Below, piece by piece: positions 16,762 to 25,712 of a stretch of DNA of 32,000 bases (positions within the stretch are counted from its first letter, which is position 1; every line of letters starts with the position of its first letter). The notes under the pieces were generated by a model. It was given only the letters and a program-made list of their open reading frames with translations. It did not search any database and had not been told where the DNA came from. The stretch comes from Thermoproteus tenax Kra 1 (GTDB taxonomy: Archaea; Thermoproteota; Thermoprotei; Thermoproteales; Thermoproteaceae), in NCBI RefSeq assembly GCF_000253055.1, contig NC_016070.1:750001-782000 (forward strand), written 5' to 3'. A program made the translations under genes and the position numbers.

Positions 16762-16864
16762 TGGCGGGCCCGCCGGGATTTGAACCCGGGTCCTACGGCT
16801 CCGGAGGCTCGGCGGACTTAGACTGGATCCACCGCCGCTCTGATCCATGCTGAGCTACGGGCCC
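16762..16864 (-). tRNA. tRNA, probably Arg (anticodon CCG), with a 24-nt intron at a non-canonical position; CCA encoded
   Basis: The reverse complement folds as acceptor GGGCCCG/CGGGCCC, D arm GCUC/GAGC, T arm CCGGG-UUCAAAU-CCCGG, then discriminator G and CCA. Removing 16808-16831 (UGGAUCCAGUCUAAGUCCGCCGAG) gives anticodon stem GCGGC/GCCGU and loop CUCCGGA, with U33 and G37. The mature length is 76 nt. Confidence 0.8.
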
Positions 16865-16883
16865 ATCATTTCAGTGGCCCCCT

Positions 16884-16890
16884 CTTTAAG
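16884..16890 (-). promoter_or_regulatory. TATA-like element of the tRNA gene
   Basis: The minus strand reads CTTAAAG, centred about 23 nt upstream of the tRNA 5' end. Confidence 0.4.
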
Positions 16891-16903
16891 CGTTTTGCGC
16901 CTA

Positions 16904-16943
<40 letters not shown>

Positions 16944-16983
16944 GGGTCATAGCCTAAGGGGCAGAGGATGGAGCCACAAGCCC

Positions 16984-17610
16984 TCAGCAGAGGCCCCTTG
17001 AAGATAGAAATTCGCAGAGATTGACACGCCGTCCTCTGACTATTAACGTACCCCAACCCAGAGAAAGATCGACTCCTCCGAGCGCTCCGACTACGTACTC
17101 TATATGCGGCGTTGCCTCAGATAAAAGGCCCTTGGCCCTCGCCATGGATATAGCGTAGTTATTCAGCCCCACTCTAGCTCTATATAAAATGTAGCGAGCT
17201 ACATCTTTCTCATCGTAGAGCCTTATGGCTCTAGCATCGAAGGCCAACGGCCTGCCCAAGGACAATGATACCCTGGAGGAGAGCAGAGAGGGCAAGACGC
17301 TGATAAGCTTCAAGACCCTCCCTCGATAAGGCGCCAACCTCTCAAATACCATGTTCACCTCATCGCTGACGACATAGACTATATCAGCGCCCAAGGTCTT
17401 CCCCAAGTCTGAGGCAGCCACCACCAAGGCTCTGTGAACTCCCCAGTTTCTCGGACCCGGCAAATCCGATAGGCGTTTGCCGAAGCTGACGCCGTCGAGC
17501 CTTAATGCAAAGGGAGGCTCTATGTAGTCCCTCGGAAGCTCCCGCGATCTATAGTCTACCTCCAGCTTAGAGGGCTCGGCCGAAAGGAGGGCTGATATTA
17601 TTTTATCCAC
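16984..17610 (-). CDS. Thg1-like protein (tRNA-His guanylyltransferase family)
   Basis: 208 aa with a GTG start 1 nt after the thiolase stop. The LRLDGVSFGK and VVSDEVNMVF segments resemble the Thg1/TLP catalytic carboxylate motifs. Confidence 0.65.
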   Translation of the reverse strand: MDKIISALLSAEPSKLEVDYRSRELPRDYIEPPFALRLDGVSFGKRLSDLPGPRNWGVHRALVVAASDLGKTLGADIVYVVSDEVNMVFERLAPYRGRVLKLISVLPSLLSSRVSLSLGRPLAFDARAIRLYDEKDVARYILYRARVGLNNYAISMARAKGLLSEATPHIEYVVGALGGVDLSLGWGTLIVRGRRVNLCEFLSSRGLC

Positions 17611-17611
17611 G

Positions 17612-18799
17612 TCAAGCCAGCTCTATGGCTATGGCGGTCCCGCCTCCAGTGCCGTGGCAGAGCGCCGCTATGCCGCGCTTGGCTCCCTTAACCTTTAATA
17701 CAGATATTAGAGTGGTGATCACACGCGCTCCTGAGGCGCCCAAGGGATGGCCCAACGCGATTGCGCCTCCGAAGGGATTGAGCTTCTCATAGGACACCTG
17801 CAACACTCTGTGGAAGAGCACGTTGTTGACCGCAAAGGCCTCGTTGTTCTCAAAGTAGTCGAAATATGTTATATCTACGCCCAATTTCTTCAAAAGCTTC
17901 TGTACGGCGTAGATCGGCGCCTCTACGAACCTCCAAGGCTCCACCATATGCCAAGAATAGCCCAAGATCTTCGCCACAGGCCTTAGGCCGAGCTCCCTCG
18001 CTCTCTCTGCCGAGGCTAAGACTAACACAGCCGCGCCGTCTGAGAGTTGGCTCGAGTTTCCGGCCGTAAGCACTCCGTCTGGCCTGAAGGCGGGCTTGAG
18101 CTTGGCTAACTTCTCAAGGCTTGTATCAGGCCTTATCCCCTCGTCTCTATCAAGCCTGACGGGCACCCCGCCTAGGTTCTCCTCTATAGGCTCCATGTCC
18201 AAGAACCACTTATTTTCAGTGGCCCTCCAAGCCCTCATGTGGCTCTCGTACGCCACTTGGTCCAACTCCTGGCGAGTTATACCCCACTCTCTGGCGAGCA
18301 AGTCGGTCTCCTCGCCCATGAGCATGTTGTTTGTGGGGTCGGTGAGACCATCGTAGACCATCAAATCGACCAGCGCTTGTTGGCGGCCTATCAAATGCTT
18401 CACGCCCCAACGGGAATCGTAGGGGATCGCGAGAGGGGCTGTGGACATAGACTCAGCACCTCCAGCGATAACTATGTCGGCATCGCCTACGGCGATTTCT
18501 CTGTACGCCTCGATCACGGCCTGCATGCCCGATGAACACACTCTGTTCACCGTATAGGCGCTTGTAGTGACAGGCAGGCCCGCATAGAGCGCCGCTTGCC
18601 TCGCAAGGCTCTGCCCTTGACCGCCTTGAAGAGTAGAGCCTATTACCACTTCATCGACAAGCTTACCGTCAAGGCCGACCCTCTCCAACGACTTGCGTAT
18701 CGCAAAAGCGGCAAGATGGGCCGTCTTGACGTCGCGGAGGGCGCCTCCGAACTTGCCTATGGGAGTCCTCGCATACCCCACTATCCAGACCTCGCGCAT
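17612..18799 (-). CDS. Acetyl-CoA C-acetyltransferase (thiolase II)
   Basis: Active-site Cys region NRVCSSGMQAV. C-terminal motifs NPFGGAIALGHPLGASGAR and LCHGTGGGTAIAIE are present. The start is set at the ATG at 18799 (MREVWIVGYARTPIGKFGG) because a TTTTAAAT TATA abuts the upstream ATG at 18817. Confidence 0.9.
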   Translation of the reverse strand: MREVWIVGYARTPIGKFGGALRDVKTAHLAAFAIRKSLERVGLDGKLVDEVVIGSTLQGGQGQSLARQAALYAGLPVTTSAYTVNRVCSSGMQAVIEAYREIAVGDADIVIAGGAESMSTAPLAIPYDSRWGVKHLIGRQQALVDLMVYDGLTDPTNNMLMGEETDLLAREWGITRQELDQVAYESHMRAWRATENKWFLDMEPIEENLGGVPVRLDRDEGIRPDTSLEKLAKLKPAFRPDGVLTAGNSSQLSDGAAVLVLASAERARELGLRPVAKILGYSWHMVEPWRFVEAPIYAVQKLLKKLGVDITYFDYFENNEAFAVNNVLFHRVLQVSYEKLNPFGGAIALGHPLGASGARVITTLISVLKVKGAKRGIAALCHGTGGGTAIAIELA

Positions 18800-18817
18800 G
18801 CGGCAACCCTGCAACAT

Positions 18818-18985
18818 ATTTAAAACCTTATCTTAAAACTATGGCTAACATCTCATGAATACTCTAGTCGATATAGATAAATATATTTATATTTATTAAT
18901 ATGTATCAAACACATACTATAAACATACAATTGTGCTCGAACACTTTACAACGCAAAATTTATTTTATAGTCCCTCAATACTTTA
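18818..18985. promoter_or_regulatory. AT-rich divergent promoter region (thiolase operon / filament operon)
   Basis: A 168-bp spacer between divergently oriented genes that is visibly very AT-rich (I did not count it). It contains several TATA-like tracts, such as TTTTAAAT near 18820 and TTTATTTTATAG about 20 nt before the GTG at 18986. Confidence 0.5.
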
Positions 18986-20404
18986 GTGCAGGCCGTTGAA
19001 ATAGTCGTAGTCGGCTTCATTCTGGCATTCTTCGTAGCCCTCACTTTCTATATGTTCAATTCCATGGCCCCAAGGGCTCAGACAGCTCAAGCGGAGTTGA
19101 ACGTATTGGCTCAACAGATCCTCCAGAGAATAACGTCGTACTCGGCCTACAACCTCTCCAACGACATAGGAATAGCCGACCCGAACGCGCCGGGGTATCT
19201 AAGCGACTACGCTGTAGACTACTTGGCTATGGCGACAGCTCAGCTCTCGGGCTACCCAGCCTGTAACGTCTGGAACCCCAGCAGCACAGTGGCCCAGTAC
19301 GTGGGAGACACAGTATACATGGCCGGCTACGGCTATGTGATCCCGGGCTTGGTCAACGGAAACCTCAACCTCACGGCTATTGCGATCAACTTCTTCGGGC
19401 GCGAGTATGGGAGGTATGACGTGGAGATACAGATAAAGCCTCTGGTCAGGCTCGGCGTCTGTCCCTACGTCGTTATGCAGAACTACGGCGTCACGTTCGA
19501 GAACGCCTTAAGCCCTGTCTGTGCGCAGTTCTATTCTATTATGGGCGCCGGCCTTAAAAACGGCACGGTTTACTTGGTCGCGCGCGGCGCTGGGGCATAC
19601 CCCCAGGGCCAGGTGGCGTACACCGTCTACTACTGTACTACGTCTACTTGCTATCAGCCCTACACAGGGACGGCCACTCTAACGCCGCTGGTCCAGTCCG
19701 GCGGATATTACTATAGCTACGCCGTAGCGGCCCTCCCGCCCTATGTAAGTTTCTCTCAAATCGCCAGTCTAAGTGCGGCGCTCGTCGTCTATGCCCAAAA
19801 GGTGACCTACCCATACAGTGCCGGGTTCTATGTCTTCAACGCTACCTCGGTCTCCCTAATATATGGAGCTCCGTTCCCCGGCTCCGCGTCCACGACGCTC
19901 TACCTCATCCATGACGCCGACTACGTGATCCCCGGCTCCAATCTGCCGTGCGATGGAAGGCTGAGCTCGGCCTCGGGAAGACAGTCTTTGGGCATAAGGT
20001 ACTTGAGCTTGTATACAGGCCAAGGCTTTGTGATCTACGGCTCCAACATAGAGCTCGACCCCGGCACAGGCAACTCCCCCGTTAAGGTGCAACCCTGTAG
20101 CCAATGCACTACCTCGGCCCACTGTACGGCGTGTTGGGCGAGCCTGCCCACCGACACGTTGTTGGCGATCGCCTACGTCACTCCCAGCTCTAGCTCGGGC
20201 AAAATACCGAGCGCTGCCCTCGTCCCCATACCCCTCTTTCCGGCGCCTCCAGCCACCGACGTTGACGTCAAGACGTGGCTCAGATGGGGCTTTACTAAAA
20301 CGCCGAGCACCTATGCCTCATCGGCTTGGGGGGTCTTCAACTCGCTGACGACGACATATCTAGTCAATGTAACCGTCTACGAATATCCCTCGCCGCTCCC
20401 ATGA
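18986..20404 (+). CDS. Pilin/TadE-like N-terminus protein P1 (472 aa), extracellular, sequon- and Cys-rich
   Basis: GTG start. The N-terminus is MQAVEIVVVGFILAFFVALTFYMF, with Glu at position 5 followed by a hydrophobic helix. It contains many N-x-S/T sequons and a C-x2-C-x5-C-x2-C cluster. Its stop overlaps the next ATG (ATGA). Confidence 0.7.
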   Translation: MQAVEIVVVGFILAFFVALTFYMFNSMAPRAQTAQAELNVLAQQILQRITSYSAYNLSNDIGIADPNAPGYLSDYAVDYLAMATAQLSGYPACNVWNPSSTVAQYVGDTVYMAGYGYVIPGLVNGNLNLTAIAINFFGREYGRYDVEIQIKPLVRLGVCPYVVMQNYGVTFENALSPVCAQFYSIMGAGLKNGTVYLVARGAGAYPQGQVAYTVYYCTTSTCYQPYTGTATLTPLVQSGGYYYSYAVAALPPYVSFSQIASLSAALVVYAQKVTYPYSAGFYVFNATSVSLIYGAPFPGSASTTLYLIHDADYVIPGSNLPCDGRLSSASGRQSLGIRYLSLYTGQGFVIYGSNIELDPGTGNSPVKVQPCSQCTTSAHCTACWASLPTDTLLAIAYVTPSSSSGKIPSAALVPIPLFPAPPATDVDVKTWLRWGFTKTPSTYASSAWGVFNSLTTTYLVNVTVYEYPSPLP

Positions 20405-20844
20405 GGTGGATGATCGAGCTGTTGCTCGCCGTTATGTTGGTGGCCTTGGCGGTGTACGCGCTTACTATGATGCCCAAGAGCCCGGTCTCTACAACGATGG
20501 GCAGACAGAACGTGGAGACCGCCTACAATACTTTGCTCCAGCTGTCCCTCAACCCCTCCTTTTTGAGCTCGTTGGAGGGCAGCATATGCTCTCAGAACCC
20601 TCAAGCTGTCAAGGCAATGTTGGACTCAGCAATACCTCAGCCCTACATCTACAACTTCACGGTCTATCTCGCGGGGAGCTCCCCGCCGCCATGCCTCATA
20701 TGCGCCACATGGAATAGCAAGCTCCTATCGGTGGCCAGGCCGACGGGCTGGGCCGGCTCCACGGCGACATCCTCTGCCACAATAGCCGCAGTATTGCCCG
20801 ACGGAACTCAAGTGAAGCTCGTGCTCTATATAGGCAAGCCGTAA
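20401..20844 (+). CDS. Pilin-like protein P2 (147 aa)
   Basis: The ATG overlaps the P1 stop (ATGA). The N-terminus MRWMIELLLAVMLVALAVYALTMM is followed by a small Ser/Thr/Pro-rich domain. It is the smallest member, so it is a candidate structural subunit. Confidence 0.65.
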   Translation: MRWMIELLLAVMLVALAVYALTMMPKSPVSTTMGRQNVETAYNTLLQLSLNPSFLSSLEGSICSQNPQAVKAMLDSAIPQPYIYNFTVYLAGSSPPPCLICATWNSKLLSVARPTGWAGSTATSSATIAAVLPDGTQVKLVLYIGKP

Positions 20845-20879
20845 CGTAAAATATATATTTTTAGAGAAAGGCTCATGAA

Positions 20880-23800
20880 GTGAAGTTTAAGGGTCAGTGG
20901 ATAATACTCACAGCGCTCGCGGTCGTTATTGCAGTGGCCGCCATATATATGGCCTACGTCTCGTCAACTATAGTGCCGGTGGCCTCCATACAGAGGCCGG
21001 CGTATGGCATCATGAGCCAAGACTGGCCCGAGTTAGTTCAGCTCTTGGCAGGGTACGCGCAGTTCCTCGCGCAGAGCGGGGCCTCTAAGGCGTCTATAGG
21101 CGCTCTGGACGCCGGCCTCTACAACAACCTAGTGCTAGCTCATCCGGCGGACGCCTATTTTCAGCTCCGGGTAGCCCAGAGCTTTCTCGGCGCCGCTCTC
21201 TCCTCGGTCGAGCAGAGCTTGCTCCCGCTGGGCACCTTCATTACGGCCAACTTCACGATAGACCAGAGGGGCTTCGGAGGCACCCTTGGCCCATATCCAG
21301 CTGCTCTGAGGCTGAGCGACGCCTATAACTTTACCTATTGGATAAACAGCGGAGCTATGCAAGTCCTCTACGCCTACCGGCTCTATAGATTTGTAGTAAG
21401 CACGCAAGTGCCCGTGCAGACCGACTACGTTATAATATACTCAGCCGACGTCAGAAGGCCGACCTCGGTCGGAGAGTCCTACAGCGTGCCTGTCGAGGAT
21501 ATATTGAACTTGGCCAAGAGCGGGGGCGGATACGATGTGAGTCTGCTTAAGGACAGGATGTACCTCATCCTGGTCAACAACACAGCCTTGGAGCAAGCGC
21601 TCCAGTACCTCGCCAGTCCCGGCTGTACGCCGAGCGGGTTCAGGGTAAGGCTATCGAAGGCCTTCGTACAAATCCCGTGGTGGTCGGAGTATATAAGGTG
21701 CCCCTTCTGTCTGTTCGACTTCAAAATGCCCGCTGGGACTTTAACGGCGCCTGGATACTCAGACGAGGTCATGGTGGTGCTCTTCAGCCAGCCCACCCGG
21801 AGGATACAGTTGGCGTTAAACATACCGCTTATGTTGTACCTCTCCGGCATAAATCCCGCCGGCGTATCGCCTAGTTGTTACTCCGTTTTGAACAACCAAT
21901 ACTCGTTAACTCTAAGGGTAGACCCAACGCTGAACAACAACCCATATGCCGTGTATAATATAGGCGGAGCGGAGTACTTCTATAACGCAGCGGCCATGAG
22001 CGGTTGGCCCAGCTCCATAGTCTATAGTACGTGTCATCAGGTTGGGCCTGAAAACCAGCCGACTCCGATTGAGCAACTGGTCCCAACCTCAGTATACGGA
22101 AACGCCACCACCGGCTTGTTGTTGGGCGCGGTATATCCGCCTGACACATACGATGTTGGATATCAGATATGGACCAGCATGAGCGTGCCCCAGAGCTGGC
22201 CGGGCTTTCAAGTGAGGACTCTCATCAATGTGACTAGCATCGGCTCAGAGAAGATGGGCTATCTCGCGTTGTTCTGGGGAGGCTATGATGGAAGCACTTT
22301 CCCGTGGTGTGCAGACATGATAGCTGTACAGCCCGAGAGCTATCCGCCGACTTTTGTGTGGTCTTATCAGCCCCAAGGGTATTTAACGGGCCCGTGGCAG
22401 ACGTATTCTTGGCAATACGGCGGATCGTACGTACCTCTAAGCTCTAACAGATGGTACGTCCTCTCTATATCGGAGGCGTTACAGGGCAGTAACGTCGGCC
22501 AAGCATATTTGGCCGTCTACAAATTCCTATCAAACTCCTCTGGACCCATGACGCCCTATGTAGGACAGTGGGTCAACTTGGGCACTGCCCTGTATTCTTT
22601 CAATGTTGTGTTGGGCACAGACACTGAGGACTTCCCCCAGTCCGGGGCAACGCCTTGGACCGACGCAGCTATATACGACTTCTTGGCAGTTAGGCCTTGG
22701 GTATATCCGGAGCCTTCGGCCGTCTTGACTACCTTGGGCGCAGCACCGGTGCTTAGTCCGCCGAGACCTACAGTCATAGCTTGGGGCAGATACTCTCTGG
22801 CGAACGCCTCTGTGACGATGCTCGGCAATATCTCCCTGGCCTTGGTGACGGACCTCAATATAACCCAGAGGATAGTGGTGAACGCCTCGACGCGATATGT
22901 CGTGGCCCAGTACTACAGCCCGTTCTATGTTAAATACATCTACGGCGTTTTAGTCAAGTCCAACGTGCCCCGAAGCACGCTAGCGTCCTCTTTCACCCTC
23001 GTCTACAACTACGGCGGAGTCCTCTACAACTACACGTGCGGCGCATCGCCTATGTGCAACCAGACTCTCGTCACATACTATGGGTACTTCAACGGGGTAG
23101 ACAAGGCGTTGTTCAACGTGTCAGTGTTGGTCCCCCGCCACTCCAACTTCGCCGTAGTGCTCAACCTCCTCGGGGCGCAGATCGCTGTGAACAACCTCAC
23201 TGTGGTGCACCCGCAGGTGTACTATCTCTGGAGCGGCAACTCGCTCTACCTGGTCAACGTGGGCAATATGGACGCAGTCTTCTACTTCCCCTGGCAGTCG
23301 GGAGCGCCCGTAGTGGCCTCGATCTTCCCCAACGACGGCGTCTTCGGCGCAGCTATGGATATAGCGGGCAACGGCGGGAGTTGGACGCTTGTCATAGTGC
23401 CGGCTCAAAGCGCAGTTAACGTGACGTTTGCCCCCACATATGTCTCCCAGATACGTCAAGGCTTTCCAAGCGCATATTCGCCGCAGTGGGAGTTGCCCTA
23501 TATATCGGCGATGTCATTTCCCTCCACAAACTGCCGCATCTTACAAGTGTATTTCCCGTCAGAGTACACGGGCGATCACCTCGTACTAGTTCTTCCGCCC
23601 ATTGTACTGGCAAATTTAGGTTTCTCCAACTACCGGAGACTTGCCTTCTACATCTTCTCAAAGGGCTCTTGGGTATCTGTCCCATATGCCATGGCCTATT
23701 GGAACGACGTGTGGCTCCGCATAAATCAATACAGAGGTTGGTTTGCGTATAGAGGCTCTCTTATATCAGTATGTACCGGCGGATCTCCGACATCTATGTA

Positions 23801-24437
23801 TAATATTCTGGATATGTATATACCTAAAACAAGCGGTTCCTACGCCTTCAATCCGCCTATAGGCCTTTCGGCATATCCCAACGGGTTTGCTATAATTATA
23901 AATTTAACTGGAAGTATAATAAATTATGGAAGTCCTGAACAGTATCTTAATTATATTTATTTAGCTAATACTACGAATCCAAGTTATACTTGTATAGAAG
24001 GAACTTACGCCGGCCGGCTCTTGGAGATATGGAACGGGTTCGCTAGCGGTACTCCAGGTTGGACGGATTGGTGGAACCAGTACGCAAGCGTCTGCGGAGA
24101 TCAAAGCGTGTGGACCACGTACGGCTCAGGCGTTGAGACCTATTTCATAATAGCGCTCACGCCTCAATTTGCCAACTTCCACATTGCTACGGAATCTGGA
24201 AACATGCTCAATCCCTACAATATGTGGTGGTACAACGGGTGGCCCAACACGGCGTACAACCCCGCCCTATTTCAGACGACGCCGACATGTAGCGATCCTC
24301 AACAGTGCAACGGCCCTCTGTGGTCCTTCAATTACCTGGTGGTCAGTCCCACGTTGAGCTACGGAATTGATGTAATACCGTATATGTGGCCTCTGCCGTA
24401 CGTGTTATTAGACGGCAATATCTATCAGACGATATGA
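20880..24437 (+). CDS. Giant pilin-like N-terminus surface protein P3 (1185 aa)
   Basis: GTG start. The N-terminus is MKFKGQWIILTALAVVIAVAAIYMAY, a possible class III signal with K-G/Q. The rest is aromatic-rich (Y/W) with dozens of N-x-S/T sequons. No enzymatic motif was recognised. Its stop overlaps the P4 ATG (ATGA). Confidence 0.7.
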   Translation: MKFKGQWIILTALAVVIAVAAIYMAYVSSTIVPVASIQRPAYGIMSQDWPELVQLLAGYAQFLAQSGASKASIGALDAGLYNNLVLAHPADAYFQLRVAQSFLGAALSSVEQSLLPLGTFITANFTIDQRGFGGTLGPYPAALRLSDAYNFTYWINSGAMQVLYAYRLYRFVVSTQVPVQTDYVIIYSADVRRPTSVGESYSVPVEDILNLAKSGGGYDVSLLKDRMYLILVNNTALEQALQYLASPGCTPSGFRVRLSKAFVQIPWWSEYIRCPFCLFDFKMPAGTLTAPGYSDEVMVVLFSQPTRRIQLALNIPLMLYLSGINPAGVSPSCYSVLNNQYSLTLRVDPTLNNNPYAVYNIGGAEYFYNAAAMSGWPSSIVYSTCHQVGPENQPTPIEQLVPTSVYGNATTGLLLGAVYPPDTYDVGYQIWTSMSVPQSWPGFQVRTLINVTSIGSEKMGYLALFWGGYDGSTFPWCADMIAVQPESYPPTFVWSYQPQGYLTGPWQTYSWQYGGSYVPLSSNRWYVLSISEALQGSNVGQAYLAVYKFLSNSSGPMTPYVGQWVNLGTALYSFNVVLGTDTEDFPQSGATPWTDAAIYDFLAVRPWVYPEPSAVLTTLGAAPVLSPPRPTVIAWGRYSLANASVTMLGNISLALVTDLNITQRIVVNASTRYVVAQYYSPFYVKYIYGVLVKSNVPRSTLASSFTLVYNYGGVLYNYTCGASPMCNQTLVTYYGYFNGVDKALFNVSVLVPRHSNFAVVLNLLGAQIAVNNLTVVHPQVYYLWSGNSLYLVNVGNMDAVFYFPWQSGAPVVASIFPNDGVFGAAMDIAGNGGSWTLVIVPAQSAVNVTFAPTYVSQIRQGFPSAYSPQWELPYISAMSFPSTNCRILQVYFPSEYTGDHLVLVLPPIVLANLGFSNYRRLAFYIFSKGSWVSVPYAMAYWNDVWLRINQYRGWFAYRGSLISVCTGGSPTSMYNILDMYIPKTSGSYAFNPPIGLSAYPNGFAIIINLTGSIINYGSPEQYLNYIYLANTTNPSYTCIEGTYAGRLLEIWNGFASGTPGWTDWWNQYASVCGDQSVWTTYGSGVETYFIIALTPQFANFHIATESGNMLNPYNMWWYNGWPNTAYNPALFQTTPTCSDPQQCNGPLWSFNYLVVSPTLSYGIDVIPYMWPLPYVLLDGNIYQTI

Positions 24438-25132
24438 GAGGTCTCGAGGCTCTGGAGGTGGCTATCTTGCTCTCAATATCGCTGGCTATAATTTTCGCCG
24501 CAGTGCCCTACATAATTCAGAACATATTCCAACTGGAGGCAGGGCTTGAGGCCAAGAACGTGATAGCCTTTTTGACCTCTCTGGCGGACTCGTTGGAGTC
24601 AGACTTCGGCATGACCGGCGTCCAGAGGATGTATCAGCTGCCCAGCGCGTACTTTGGGACGTTCTACGTGAGGACGCCGCGCCTCTACGTCTCCATAAGC
24701 TGTGCGTCTCTGTCTGGAACCACGTCAACGACCTTCGTCTTCAGAGAGGCCGTTGTAGGCTATAACTCAAGCTACGCCGAGTTCGGAAACGCCATGTTGA
24801 GGGGTCTCACAGGCTCTCTGCTCGCCCCCATTGGGGAACCGGTCATCGCAGTGAACTCGACTTTCCCAAGCGCTGTGCGTCTCTATACTAGAGTCGTTTA
24901 CGTCAACGGCACATCATCTCTATATCTTTACACAATATCTGCATCCTTCATCCAGCAGGGAACAGGCGGGGCGCTGGCCTACGTGGTCGGACCTCTAAAC
25001 TCCACCTCGCTCACATGCGGCGGCACCGCCGCTGTGACAGTGTCGAGCAGATTGGGCTCTGCCACGGCCACCTTCAACAACGTCCAGACGGTGTACTTGG
25101 TCTGGAACAATGTCACACTAGTCTGGAAATGA
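24434..25132 (+). CDS. TadE/pilin-like protein P4 (232 aa)
   Basis: The N-terminus is MRG-LEALEVAILLSISLAIIFAAVPYII, which has a short basic leader, then Gly, Glu at +5 and a hydrophobic helix. There are ATGA overlaps at both ends. Confidence 0.7.
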   Translation: MRGLEALEVAILLSISLAIIFAAVPYIIQNIFQLEAGLEAKNVIAFLTSLADSLESDFGMTGVQRMYQLPSAYFGTFYVRTPRLYVSISCASLSGTTSTTFVFREAVVGYNSSYAEFGNAMLRGLTGSLLAPIGEPVIAVNSTFPSAVRLYTRVVYVNGTSSLYLYTISASFIQQGTGGALAYVVGPLNSTSLTCGGTAAVTVSSRLGSATATFNNVQTVYLVWNNVTLVWK

Positions 25133-25710
25133 GGGGCATATCAGCTCTCGAGGCCGCAATCCTTTTCGGCTTCCTCGCCCTAGTCTATATAGTTGCGGCC
25201 TATCTGGTCTGGCTGATATCCTACAACTACTTTAGGGATGAGGCATCTGTGACGGCCTCACTCATGGTGAAATATGTGGCGTCCCAAGTGGCGGATTTAA
25301 TGGCGTCCTCTCTAACGCCGGGTGTCAGCTCCATAAGCTACAAGCTATTTCTGCCCACCCAATTCCCCAATTTCGACGCCTATTCCTACTCGATAGCGCT
25401 TATTAACAACGCCACTTCGCCGGGGGCAGTCGCCCTTTACGTCTTAGCCAACTTCTCGGCATATAGGGGCTCCTTCTCGGCGTATGAGTACAACGTGGGG
25501 GCGTTTGCCTATGCGCTCAACGCCACTTTCGCTGGAGTCCAAATCTATGTCACCAACTTCGATAGAGCCATCGGCGGCTCCGCCTGTTTAGTGCCATCGC
25601 CGGTAGTTCCAGGAGCGTATGCGGTCAATTTAACTAAACCTGGTTGTGGAGCCCTCTGGTACGCGCCCACGCCGGCTAACTACAAGCTTCTTACTGTCGT
25701 CAGAGGCTAG
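25129..25710 (+). CDS. TadE/pilin-like protein P5 (193 aa)
   Basis: The N-terminus MRG-ISALEAAILFGFLALVYIVAAYLVW has the same architecture as P4. The ATG overlaps the P4 stop. Confidence 0.7.
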   Translation: MRGISALEAAILFGFLALVYIVAAYLVWLISYNYFRDEASVTASLMVKYVASQVADLMASSLTPGVSSISYKLFLPTQFPNFDAYSYSIALINNATSPGAVALYVLANFSAYRGSFSAYEYNVGAFAYALNATFAGVQIYVTNFDRAIGGSACLVPSPVVPGAYAVNLTKPGCGALWYAPTPANYKLLTVVRG

Positions 25711-25712
25711 CC

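Noticed and set aside
20406-23752. Numerous internal or antisense ORFs within P2 and P3, such as 20406-20717, 21479-21850, 23036-23419 and 23121-23459.
   Set aside because: They are embedded in the long, well-supported pilin-like ORFs. Their translations are Arg/Gly/Pro-rich, as is typical of off-frame reading of GC-rich coding sequence.
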